In this document: one piece after another, positions 24,231-33,261 of the stretch
Position numbering within the stretch: position 1 is the stretch's first letter
Layout: each line of letters opens with the position of its first letter
Assembly: GCA_024742995.1 (NCBI GenBank)
Contig: JANSXK010000002.1
Span: forward strand, 198,232 to 262,231
Length of the DNA: 64,000 nucleotides
Origin: Gammaproteobacteria bacterium
Lineage (GTDB): Bacteria; Pseudomonadota; Gammaproteobacteria; Legionellales; Legionellaceae
Direction of reading: 5' to 3'
Notes under the pieces: generated by a model
What the model saw: only the letters and a program-made list of their open reading frames with translations
Told to the model about the DNA's origin: nothing
The model's database searches: none
Position numbers and translations under genes: made by a program

Positions 24231-24860
24231 ATGCCATATCAAAGAATCATATGTTTTTTATTTCTTGGATTCACTTCATTATTTTCATTTGCCTATGCCG
24301 CTACTAGCCCAGACCTTTCTAATCAAATAACGCATCGTTTTACGCATGAGCTCGCTGCTTATTTACCAGAAAAAGCCAGCGAAATAGGTTTTACCGAGTA
24401 CGATGATAAGGCTGGAAATTTTACAGCGGATTTTGATGAGAAATTATTATCTTTTTATCAAGGCTGGTATAAAAAATTACTTGGTTTCGCATTGTTAAGC
24501 ATTGCCCGGGATGATTTTATTGATTTAAAATTATTAAGTGATTACGTTCAAAATCAAATCAACGAAATAAAGCTCAATCACGCTGAAAAGGTCGTTCCTT
24601 TTGTTCCTGGCACACAAATTGTTTTTCAAAACTTAAAAACCTTGATTAATTCTCAAGCCAAACAAATACGAAAAACTAACGCGGTGAAACGTTTTCATGC
24701 TTATGTGCAATCCAATTTCCTTCAAAATAATCAAGCCTATATCGAAGCGGCTATTCAAAAATACGTGGATTCAAGTCATAAGTGCAACCACTTAATCTAT
24801 AAAATTTCTACCCACATTTTTGACCACGTGTATCTTTGTCACTACTTATTTCTTGTTTAG
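24231..24860 (+). pseudogene. Truncated DUF885-like secreted protein (only about the first 190 aa)
   Basis: It has a signal peptide (FLGFTSLFSFAYA). The ..YLPEKASEIGFTEYDDK....IDLKLLSDYV.. pattern resembles the N-terminal third of ~600-aa DUF885 proteins. The reading frame degenerates after ..QKYVDSSHK and its tail overlaps the 3' end of the convergent 1482-aa ORF. Confidence 0.45.
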
Positions 24861-27800
24861 CAGTGCTAATCGCATGTTGTTGACGGCGATAAGAAAATAT
24901 ATTACCAGGAATAATAGGATCAGAATTATTTATTTCAGCTTGATACACGTCAACACACACATCTAAAGTACTGCGTAATCGCTCAGGTATGATGCTTCGT
25001 TTGCTAGATGCTACACTTTTATCAACCGGTCCTTGCTTCACACAAAATGCGCTGGCACCGTATTTAGGATGTACAAAAGCAAAAGGCTTACCCTCTTGTA
25101 CAATCACCCAACCCGAATGATCAAGAATGGCTTGATAAGTTGGAGTATCGTGAACACCAACTTGTTGAGAAAGTTTATTATGCTCTGTACGACCCATTGA
25201 AGTACGCATCCCTATTTGACAAAGCTCTACCACAGTTTTTCTTTTCATTGGTGTCGTTGTTTGACTTGTATTGGGCAAACTGGTTCGCACCCTTTCAAAA
25301 TAACCAGGATATTCTGAGTAAGCGTGCTGTTCATTACTCGTAGCATAATGAATAATCCTTTTTATAGCTAACTCGGCTAATACAGTAACTGACATATCCG
25401 GCATATGGTATAACTCCGGTGACAGCTCAACAGCTAGTTTTAACGCAGCTTCAGTAATTGCATTAAAACGCTGTGTCTCATCTTCCGGAAACACGTCACA
25501 CCATCGTTTCATTCTCTGCTTATCTAGGTAACTGTTAACCATCACAAACAAATCAATGATACCTGCAACTACTGATGGAATATTGATTTCTATACCCCCA
25601 ATAAATGGAATATTTACACCAGTAGTAATTTCAGTGCTTCTAATAATAGAACTCACTTTCTCCATCGCGTTTTCTTTCGTACTTTGTACCTCTTCATTCA
25701 ATAACACATAAAATAACCGATAGGTTTTTTCTATAAAATGAATAAAAGCAGACTTAAAGACCGTCATTTTCTGATCTACTTGCCGAATCTTATCTTGATA
25801 TCTTATGCCACTATCCGTTGCAAACAGCCCGCTATGGTCTAGAGTCAATACGTGACCATGAGCCATCATGTTCTTTGGAAACAGTGGTTTCCAGTAATCC
25901 TTAATATACTGCACCATATCTGTTGCAAATTGAGAATGAGGCTCTTGTGGTGCATTCATTCCAAGCTTATAAAGTGCTTCCACCTTTTGCTCATCAAGCT
26001 TTATCACATTTAAAAGATACAAATCCTTTTGCTCACCACTTGGTACATCATGAATACTACGATAAAAGCCTAAAATCTCAGCACGACGCTTAGGGTCCCC
26101 AAACACACCGAGCTCCAAACTACTCAGCACAGCAGTCAACCGTTGTTGATTTTTGCCCACAACAGAGTATGTCTCTCCTCTTAATGTAGGCTTATAGTTC
26201 TGAAAACAATTACGCATACGTGCAGATAGGGTCACTAGCATGCTTTTTTCTTCTGCTGTTTCACCTGTGATATCTTTTGTGACAACCAATGCAGACCAGC
26301 AGTGCTCTATATAAGCCGCCACATTTTGAGCAAACGCCAGTTGATTACTATATCCTGTGTCCTCTTTTACAGGTTGATACATTTCTTGAATTCGTGCTGC
26401 ATCATAGGTAATGAGTGCAATTAAATACTCCTCCTTTTCCCTCAATCTAGGAATATTCTGCTCCGGAATATCGCGATGATGGCTCAGTAATACTTGTCGA
26501 AACTCCCCTCTCTCAAATATCCTTTCTAGACTCCCTACAACGTTTGGCCTATATTTGTCACGCTTTATTGATGTTTTAGTAGCTAAGTAGTTATCTACAT
26601 GTGACAATATTTTTTCTTTTATACTGTTTAAGAAATCATCCGCGCGCTGCAATTCACCGCCTATAAAAATTAACTCATTAGGACACAAAATGGGTATTAA
26701 TCTCAATGGATCGCTATCTTTTAATACTAGAAGTGGTATTTCATGATTGTAATTACGTCGATATCGGTATCCTTGTAATTTAAGGGCACCAGCTTGAACC
26801 TTCTCAACCAATCTTACATCCCGTGTTTGAAAACAAGTCAATAAATGCAACATCGTATCGCCTGTGCGCTCAGAAACAAGATGTGCAATTTGGCTTGCAT
26901 TTCTCAGCAACTCATCTAACCACTGCTCTTCATTATCAAAGAAAATACCAAAATCACGCTGTACCCTCGCTAAAAAATCAATCGGAACCCTAATATCTTG
27001 ATATATTCCGTTTGAAATAGTTTGTTCTTTACCCAGAATATTTGCGATGTTTAAAAATGCTTCTATACGCAAGCTTCTACCATCAACCCATGTCGCATAA
27101 AATTTAAGTATAAAAGATTCCATGAGATTAATAGTTGCTGATATTGTCTGATTACGTCTCATTTCAGGATATTTGCTTTTGTAATCTCTCAATAAAATTG
27201 ATGCATGTTCAAATCTTTTTAGTGCTAGTGTTCTTTCAACGTTCCTTTCTGGCGTATTTCCATTTAAAAACTTAAAAACTAACATGTGCTTTACATCGGG
27301 TTCTAAATAATCAGAATTCACATGCCCGAAATAATCTAGAATAGCGCCCTGATAAAATGTGCTTACTACTTCTAAAAATGCACCATAGCCATTCGCATAG
27401 GCTTTTAAAATAAAGAAATTATCTGCCATCAAAAATAAATTTGCTTCATCAATTATATTTCGTCTGTCGATTGTCATTTCTGCTTCTGTCAGTAAGTGAA
27501 GACTTTTAAAACGAAGTGACCAATCTTGCAATCTTTCAATGATATACCAATAATATTCTGTAAACCCTTCAGTAAACTCTTTAGTCAATTCTTCAACGAT
27601 TTTCTCTGCTTCTTCTTGTCTATTAAGCTCTTGATCACGGGTAAATAATATTGATTCGGAAACTTTAACTGTAAACACTTGCTCCGGCAGACTGTTTTTT
27701 AACAACTCAAGCAGCTGCAACTTTGCTATAAATGCCGCAGATTTTTTCTCGATGCTCTGCGCAGCCTTGTAAGTTAATATAAAATGGTCGTAGGCTTTCT

Positions 27801-29256
27801 GTAGGTTTCCCATTTTTCTAGCGCATGATGCAACAAAAAAATGCATAAGCGTTTCATGCTGTTTCGTTAAAAATAATTCTCGAGTTCCCAAACTCCACTG
27901 CTGTAATTGCCTGTCAAGCAACTCAGCCGCCTCATCATATAATTCTCGACTAAGTAATTGATTGACGGTGTCCAAAGCTTTTTCATATTCAACTGCACAT
28001 GATTTTCCCCACCATGATGCACCCATAATAGCAACGAAAAAACCTACTGCAAGAGGAATCCCTGCATATGGAATTAAAGCAATGCCAATCCCCGCACCAG
28101 CAATTTCACCCATGGTAACAGCACCAACAGCCGCAGCACCGGCAGTTAGTCCTACACCACCACTCTTAACCATCGAACCCGCCCAAGACCATGGGCCGCC
28201 TATTTGGGCTTTAACAACAACAATATGCTCTCTATCTTCAAGTTTCTTTTGTATTTTAGGTAAAAAACTTCTTAATTGCTCAATAGTAACAGGGTGTTGA
28301 AACCTTGCTTCATTGTCCTCTAATTCTCCATACTCTAAAAAGGCCGTTGTAGTAGCTCCGGTTTCCCCGCAAATTGTGTAATCAAATCCAGTTTGACCTA
28401 TATTTGCATAAATAATTTTTTGCTGGGTGCAACCTTCACGCGGGACAGGTATAATGTCATAGCTATGTGTCAATTGAACTTGCTTTACAACCGTTCGAAG
28501 AGTTCGTAATTCAGTTTCAAGATTAAATCTCAAAACAAATTTAATGTCTGCAGGACTTAATGCGCTACCAGTAGGTTGCATGATATCTGCATTCTTAGAT
28601 AAATTATCTAGATGCTGATTTTCATCAGAAACAATTTGAAACATATCTTGCAAAAGATTTTTTGACTTAGCTTCCTGAAATTGAACTAAATCTACTGTTT
28701 CAGATATCGGAGCAGGGACTAGAGGAAATAATTCTCTACGCAAACTTTCAGGTAGTACATCAGATTCTACAAAATAATAATACAGTCCATTTCGGATAGA
28801 AAAATATAAATTGGGGGCAGTATCGGGATTCCCAGGTTCTGGGTATAATTCTTGTATTATTTCTATTCTAACGTTTAAGTAGTCTGATAAGATTTTTTGC
28901 TCAAATTCGTCAGATGGAGAATCTGCACGTCCAAGTAATCCAAGTCGTGACCTAAAAGCTTCTTGCGAATCAAAGAATGATTGGTATTTTTTGTTATGTA
29001 AATTAGCATATGTAACTAACCGAGGTCTTAAGTGGGATTGAAGCAATGCTATAAGCGTGGGGAATTGATTTAAATTAGCATGTTCAAGTTCATTTATAAT
29101 ACCAGCGGTGAGCCTTCCTGATATCTCACCAAATAAGCTTATTCTAGTCGCATCAAATAACTCATCATTATCCAAAGTTGGCAATAATACACATAAAGTA
29201 AATGCTGTAATAAAAGAATTACTTTGTGCCGGAACACTTAATGGTTGTAATGGCAT
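24808..29256 (-). CDS. Very large orphan protein (1482 aa) with a central Gly/Ala-rich bilobed hydrophobic segment
   Basis: An uninterrupted 4.4-kb ORF in very AT-rich DNA with an AAGGAGA Shine-Dalgarno box 7 nt before the ATG. Residues ~353-416 (nt ~28009-28200) read GGPWSWAGSMVKSGGVGLTAGAAAVGAVTMGEIAGAGIGIALIPYAGIPLAVGFFVAIMGASWW. I cannot recognise any catalytic domain. Confidence 0.7.
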   Translation of the reverse strand: MPLQPLSVPAQSNSFITAFTLCVLLPTLDNDELFDATRISLFGEISGRLTAGIINELEHANLNQFPTLIALLQSHLRPRLVTYANLHNKKYQSFFDSQEAFRSRLGLLGRADSPSDEFEQKILSDYLNVRIEIIQELYPEPGNPDTAPNLYFSIRNGLYYYFVESDVLPESLRRELFPLVPAPISETVDLVQFQEAKSKNLLQDMFQIVSDENQHLDNLSKNADIMQPTGSALSPADIKFVLRFNLETELRTLRTVVKQVQLTHSYDIIPVPREGCTQQKIIYANIGQTGFDYTICGETGATTTAFLEYGELEDNEARFQHPVTIEQLRSFLPKIQKKLEDREHIVVVKAQIGGPWSWAGSMVKSGGVGLTAGAAAVGAVTMGEIAGAGIGIALIPYAGIPLAVGFFVAIMGASWWGKSCAVEYEKALDTVNQLLSRELYDEAAELLDRQLQQWSLGTRELFLTKQHETLMHFFVASCARKMGNLQKAYDHFILTYKAAQSIEKKSAAFIAKLQLLELLKNSLPEQVFTVKVSESILFTRDQELNRQEEAEKIVEELTKEFTEGFTEYYWYIIERLQDWSLRFKSLHLLTEAEMTIDRRNIIDEANLFLMADNFFILKAYANGYGAFLEVVSTFYQGAILDYFGHVNSDYLEPDVKHMLVFKFLNGNTPERNVERTLALKRFEHASILLRDYKSKYPEMRRNQTISATINLMESFILKFYATWVDGRSLRIEAFLNIANILGKEQTISNGIYQDIRVPIDFLARVQRDFGIFFDNEEQWLDELLRNASQIAHLVSERTGDTMLHLLTCFQTRDVRLVEKVQAGALKLQGYRYRRNYNHEIPLLVLKDSDPLRLIPILCPNELIFIGGELQRADDFLNSIKEKILSHVDNYLATKTSIKRDKYRPNVVGSLERIFERGEFRQVLLSHHRDIPEQNIPRLREKEEYLIALITYDAARIQEMYQPVKEDTGYSNQLAFAQNVAAYIEHCWSALVVTKDITGETAEEKSMLVTLSARMRNCFQNYKPTLRGETYSVVGKNQQRLTAVLSSLELGVFGDPKRRAEILGFYRSIHDVPSGEQKDLYLLNVIKLDEQKVEALYKLGMNAPQEPHSQFATDMVQYIKDYWKPLFPKNMMAHGHVLTLDHSGLFATDSGIRYQDKIRQVDQKMTVFKSAFIHFIEKTYRLFYVLLNEEVQSTKENAMEKVSSIIRSTEITTGVNIPFIGGIEINIPSVVAGIIDLFVMVNSYLDKQRMKRWCDVFPEDETQRFNAITEAALKLAVELSPELYHMPDMSVTVLAELAIKRIIHYATSNEQHAYSEYPGYFERVRTSLPNTSQTTTPMKRKTVVELCQIGMRTSMGRTEHNKLSQQVGVHDTPTYQAILDHSGWVIVQEGKPFAFVHPKYGASAFCVKQGPVDKSVASSKRSIIPERLRSTLDVCVDVYQAEINNSDPIIPGNIFSYRRQQHAISTAKQEISSDKDTRGQKCG

Positions 29257-29293
29257 GTATTCTCCTTGAATGTCTACTTTTTAAAAACTAGAA

Positions 29294-30520
29294 TTATTTT
29301 CGTAACGAAAGGGCTTCCTCCGGCAATTCTTCTACAATCAACACTTCTTCCGCATCAATATCATCATAACGTGAACGATAAGATGGTATGCTGAGCTGAT
29401 TTTTAATACATTCCCGAGTATGCGTTATTTCTTGTTCACGTCGAAGTAATATTGTTTCTTGTGATGTTGCTAAAGCCCCATCTGAGCCAGTCTTTAATAA
29501 CGATGCAATCGGAGTTATAGTGTATTGCTGAATAAAATTTTGTTGTTCTAAATCAAAGATTAAAAAATTTGAAATTTTTACCAATTCTGAATGAACACTA
29601 GCAACAATGTCATGTTCTGGTATAAAAAGTGCTTCATCTAGTCCATAATATTGATCATGTCCACTGACTCTAAAAATAACAATCAATAAATGTCTGATAA
29701 CACTAAGGTGTGGGAAAGCGGAAATAATAAAAGGACTTAATTTTGTGTATGGATCAAACATCTCCCATGCTTCATCTATGTTTTGTTCACTTATACACTC
29801 AAAAATTATTTGGTAATGTAACCGAATTGCATTCGCAGTTTCCGAGACTGTTTGATAGTTATTCGGCAAGCAATTTAGATAGTACGTCATCTTTTTTTTA
29901 GCGGCCGGAGCATGTCGGTGAAAATCTGGAGAGGATATTAAATAATCACAATACTTGCCGTATCGATTAATTAAGCACTCAATAATATGAACACGCTCCA
30001 CATCATTTGCTGCTAATTTATAAGCAGAAAAATACAATTCAATATTTTTTTTATCTATCCCTTGAGTTTGCTCAGCCTCATTTAAAACACTTTGCATGGT
30101 AGATGTGGTCCAAAAAATCAAATCACGACACGCGGACCCGATCGTACTAAGTTCTGTAGAAAGCGCAGATTCATTTACAAAATCATGTTTTTGCGTATAT
30201 GCTGGAGCTTGGATTTGGGATGGGAATGGTAGAATAATTGTAATTTTTTTCTTCGGACAATCTAACCATCTAAAAGAACATTTTATATCAATATTAATAT
30301 AGTTTGGGATTGACTGAGATAGTCTGTAAGTTGCAATCAAAGGACTTCCAGCTTCGGTCCTTACTTCTTTGGAAGCTCTCATCGAGTCTGTAATACTATT
30401 TGAATAAACAAGTAGATCCTCAGCAATCTTTTGGAAAGCGGTATTGGAAGGATCTTTCTCTGCTGATACAGAAGCGGTTGGATCAATTAATGAGTCACCT
30501 TCATTGGATTGTTGCATCAT
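29294..30520 (-). CDS. Orphan protein (408 aa), first gene of an operon with the 1482-aa ORF
   Basis: The ORF stop lies 37 nt upstream of the next start, on the same strand and with the same AT-rich composition. No recognisable domain. Confidence 0.65.
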   Translation of the reverse strand: MMQQSNEGDSLIDPTASVSAEKDPSNTAFQKIAEDLLVYSNSITDSMRASKEVRTEAGSPLIATYRLSQSIPNYINIDIKCSFRWLDCPKKKITIILPFPSQIQAPAYTQKHDFVNESALSTELSTIGSACRDLIFWTTSTMQSVLNEAEQTQGIDKKNIELYFSAYKLAANDVERVHIIECLINRYGKYCDYLISSPDFHRHAPAAKKKMTYYLNCLPNNYQTVSETANAIRLHYQIIFECISEQNIDEAWEMFDPYTKLSPFIISAFPHLSVIRHLLIVIFRVSGHDQYYGLDEALFIPEHDIVASVHSELVKISNFLIFDLEQQNFIQQYTITPIASLLKTGSDGALATSQETILLRREQEITHTRECIKNQLSIPSYRSRYDDIDAEEVLIVEELPEEALSLRK

Positions 30521-30812
30521 ACTCTCACATGTAGCTATTATTCTTAACCTCCAAAGAACGCAAGCATTTTAATATCACTTCTCCGTGAAAATGGCGTCAT
30601 TTAAATGTTGCTTGATATTTTTTCATGCTTACTCCCTGTCACAATACTAGAATGCTATCATATCCCTGTTTTTTGCAACGGAGCCCAAAATTTTTACAGA
30701 GATAAGAGCGGCATCTGGGTTTTGAAATATCCAGCTAGATTTTGCGCATCACATTAGCATATTTTGACCTGATAACACAAATGATTTACCTTTTATCTTT
30801 TAAATATACTCG

Positions 30813-30866
30813 CAACATAAGTGTCTACTAAGTAGTAAAAAAACGATTTAGTAGACACTTATGTTG
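30813..30866. terminator. Perfect 19-bp stem hairpin
   Basis: caacataagtgtctactaa (30813-30831) pairs perfectly with ttagtagacacttatgttg (30848-30866), with a 16-nt A-rich loop. It lies downstream of the minus-strand hydrolase gene. No clear U-tract follows on the minus strand. Confidence 0.4.
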
Positions 30867-30876
30867 TAGGCATTTT

Positions 30877-30912
30877 CAACTGTCACCTAATTCATGAATT
30901 AGGTGACAGTTG
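30877..30912. terminator. Perfect 36-nt palindrome (18-bp stem)
   Basis: caactgtcacctaattca/tgaattaggtgacagttg, followed on the plus strand by tgtttt. It lies 10 nt from the first hairpin and ~90 nt downstream of the hydrolase stop. Confidence 0.4.
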
Positions 30913-31000
30913 TGTTTTAGGCTCATCAAAGAAATAGAAAGACTGATGTGGTCACTGGGACTTAGTTCCTAAGTCAAAAAATCCGTTACGATTCTTGAGA

Positions 31001-32032
31001 TTATGGTACGATCGGAGATGGATTCGTGAATTTATCGGTGACATCACCGGCTAAATTATGATTTGATAAATCTAGTTTTAAGATCGGCGCGCCAGATGCA
31101 AAATTTAAATGGTCTAATAATACCCATACGGCACTAAAATTTTTAGTTGAATCAAAATAATAAATTCGATGGTTTAAATCGGATATGGCTTTCCATAAGG
31201 TTGTGAAGATGGCTGTTTGTCCTGGATTAGGTACAGCAGCAGGCTGGCTCACGTTTTCAAGGACAGTGAGCAAATTAAAAACATTTTCTGTAGTTGAATC
31301 TGTATTTGGTAAATGTTTTGTATAAAATGCGGCTCGAATAAAGCGATCTGTTGATGTCGTGGTACCTGGCAATTGCGCGTTTTCCCAATAGTCGGAGTCA
31401 TTGTCTAATTGTGCTAATATTTTGTCGTAAGTGGGTTCATTGGTTACAATGGTATACTTTCTGCTGTGATACACATGAACAGTACCGTCCGTATATTCAA
31501 TAATAGCTGAGTCGCCGGAGGCATCTTCTACTGCCAAATGTAGAGCGATGGGTTGTGCGGTTGTAGGATCTGTGTAACCTTCAATTTGAATGTGATTTTG
31601 CTCATGATACTTCACGACTTCTTCGACAGTTTCAAAATTATCAAGACAAAACTGAGCCCACAATAAGACAGACAGCCCCATCTTATTGTGATAGCGGCTG
31701 CCATAATCTGTGCCAGGCAAATTCAATAAATGGGCTGCCAGCCCGCGTTCATTCATGCCATTAGTCGTCATCTTATCATAAGCCGTGGTGGCAACACTGC
31801 CATATATGGATGTCCACTGTATGCTAGGTTGCGATGCCATGCCGTTATGGTTTAAGCCTCGTGGATAAATCCATAAGTTTGTTTGCATATCTGCATACCA
31901 ATCCATCGTATTGCCAACCAATACGGCTTGATTTGGCTTTGCGTATAAAATACGAGTACATGGATCGCAAACACTGGCCCAAAATAGAGCTATTACGATG
32001 AGTAAACTATGTTTTTTATGGGTGGAAAAGAT
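31001..32032 (-). CDS. Choloylglycine hydrolase / penicillin-V-acylase family Ntn amidase (secreted)
   Basis: The mature N-terminus CTRILYAKPNQAVLVGNTMDW.. carries the nucleophile Cys, with ..GMNERGLAA.. downstream. The track ORF (TTG 31921) omits the Cys. The frame is open upstream to 32080, and an ATC codon at 32030-32032 is preceded by AAAGGAG with a 7-nt spacer, giving the signal peptide (M)FSTHKKHSLLIVIALFWASVCDP|C. Confidence 0.8.
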   Translation of the reverse strand: MFSTHKKHSLLIVIALFWASVCDPCTRILYAKPNQAVLVGNTMDWYADMQTNLWIYPRGLNHNGMASQPSIQWTSIYGSVATTAYDKMTTNGMNERGLAAHLLNLPGTDYGSRYHNKMGLSVLLWAQFCLDNFETVEEVVKYHEQNHIQIEGYTDPTTAQPIALHLAVEDASGDSAIIEYTDGTVHVYHSRKYTIVTNEPTYDKILAQLDNDSDYWENAQLPGTTTSTDRFIRAAFYTKHLPNTDSTTENVFNLLTVLENVSQPAAVPNPGQTAIFTTLWKAISDLNHRIYYFDSTKNFSAVWVLLDHLNFASGAPILKLDLSNHNLAGDVTDKFTNPSPIVP

Positions 32033-32121
32033 ATAATTGCTCCTTTCAAGATTAAATAGTGGATGTAATAAAATACTATATTAATGACTGTTGTGTCGAT
32101 TTTTTTTGAAACCGAGGTGTT

Positions 32122-33261
32122 ATGTTTCAGGAGCCACTAGCTTTAAGGGATACACGTGAATTGGTTATGTCCAACACGTTAAGCCAACAGACTGATATAC
32201 TAACGTTTTTGGAAGGCTATCAGAAACTGAGTGAGCATAGCAATGAAGAAGATAAATTAGAGATAGAAAAATTAAAGCTAGCGTATATCCAATGTATCGA
32301 GCTTCATTTAAAACGAGACCTACAATTATTACCAAGTCAATTGAATGACGAAGAAGCGCCGCCTCGTGAGGCGCTTCAAAGCTATTGTAAAAAAATACTT
32401 TATTATCTGTTAATGATATTTGGCACGCTCAATGATGCGGTTAGAAACTATTTATTTGGAAGTGCGCTGTTTTCACTTATTCCCAATCTTGTTCTACCTA
32501 TACGAATCATACTGTCAGTTTTTTACATTGTTTTTGAAGCTATTTTATTTTATGGATTTGAACTTTTCTTATTGAGAAGTGCTTTGGGGATCTCTAATAG
32601 TAAAACTAATGCACATAAGTTTCTTAGTGTAAATATAGAACAAGTTCGAGCAACAACGCGTATTAATCAATTACTGATGAGCATCCAAGTCTTAACTTTA
32701 GATGATCAGTTGTATCAAGATTACCGAACTGTTGTGGCCAGCTTGAATGATGATTTAGAGGTAAAGCGCCATTCGATACAGTGCTATGATGAGTTGTTTT
32801 CTAAAAAGCTGTTAAAAGCGTCTGTGCTTGGATTTGGTATTATTACTAATATTGCAAGTAGTTATTTTATGATTCATTCTGTTTTAACAACATGGGCGGC
32901 AGCTTTACTTGGTACACCATTAGGGTGGGGGATTATTTTTTTAGCTATTTTAGTGGAGTTAGGGTTTTATTATTTTATGGGCGCGGCTGGTGTGATTCGT
33001 TTGATGAATGCAAACCATGATGATTTTAAAACTTTAAAAAATGAACTGAGTATATTCAATCAAGAACACCTAACTTTATTTTCTACGCACGTTAGAAAAA
33101 AAGAACACTGTACCCAAGCAACTGTGTTGCATGATATGGGAACACAAACCGATGTCTCTGGTGAGTTAGGAAGGATTCTGAGCAGGGATTTCAGGACGAA
33201 GTGTGTGAGAAGTGACATAGCTTTCACAAATGGTTGCCCTGTTAACCCAAAATTTATATAA
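32122..33261 (+). CDS. Hypothetical polytopic membrane protein
   Basis: 379 aa with an N-terminal charged or coiled region followed by at least 4 hydrophobic segments. The 3' end overlaps the convergent MATE gene by 96 nt, so the true stop or extent is uncertain. Confidence 0.5.
   Translation: MFQEPLALRDTRELVMSNTLSQQTDILTFLEGYQKLSEHSNEEDKLEIEKLKLAYIQCIELHLKRDLQLLPSQLNDEEAPPREALQSYCKKILYYLLMIFGTLNDAVRNYLFGSALFSLIPNLVLPIRIILSVFYIVFEAILFYGFELFLLRSALGISNSKTNAHKFLSVNIEQVRATTRINQLLMSIQVLTLDDQLYQDYRTVVASLNDDLEVKRHSIQCYDELFSKKLLKASVLGFGIITNIASSYFMIHSVLTTWAAALLGTPLGWGIIFLAILVELGFYYFMGAAGVIRLMNANHDDFKTLKNELSIFNQEHLTLFSTHVRKKEHCTQATVLHDMGTQTDVSGELGRILSRDFRTKCVRSDIAFTNGCPVNPKFI

Noticed and set aside
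27962-28300. A 112-aa plus-strand ORF rich in Ala/Pro inside the giant gene.
   Set aside because: It is the antisense shadow of the Gly/Ala-rich hydrophobic segment of the 1482-aa protein, because GCN/GGN codons read as Ala/Pro on the other strand.
28762-29256. An OTU-deubiquitinase-like spacing in the N-terminal ~165 aa of the giant protein (VPAQSNSFITAF compared with VPGDGNCLFRAL, and later F..F....E.F...LS..LN..IE).
   Set aside because: The position of the catalytic Cys is Ser, and I find no His motif at the expected C-terminal position. The resemblance is weak and rests on pattern matching by eye. It is worth an HHpred run but not a claim.
33166-33261. A 96-nt convergent overlap between the membrane-protein ORF and the MATE ORF, a possible antisense regulatory arrangement.
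   Set aside because: The overlap is more likely an artefact of ORF extension past the true functional ends in AT-rich DNA. No structure or motif supports regulation.
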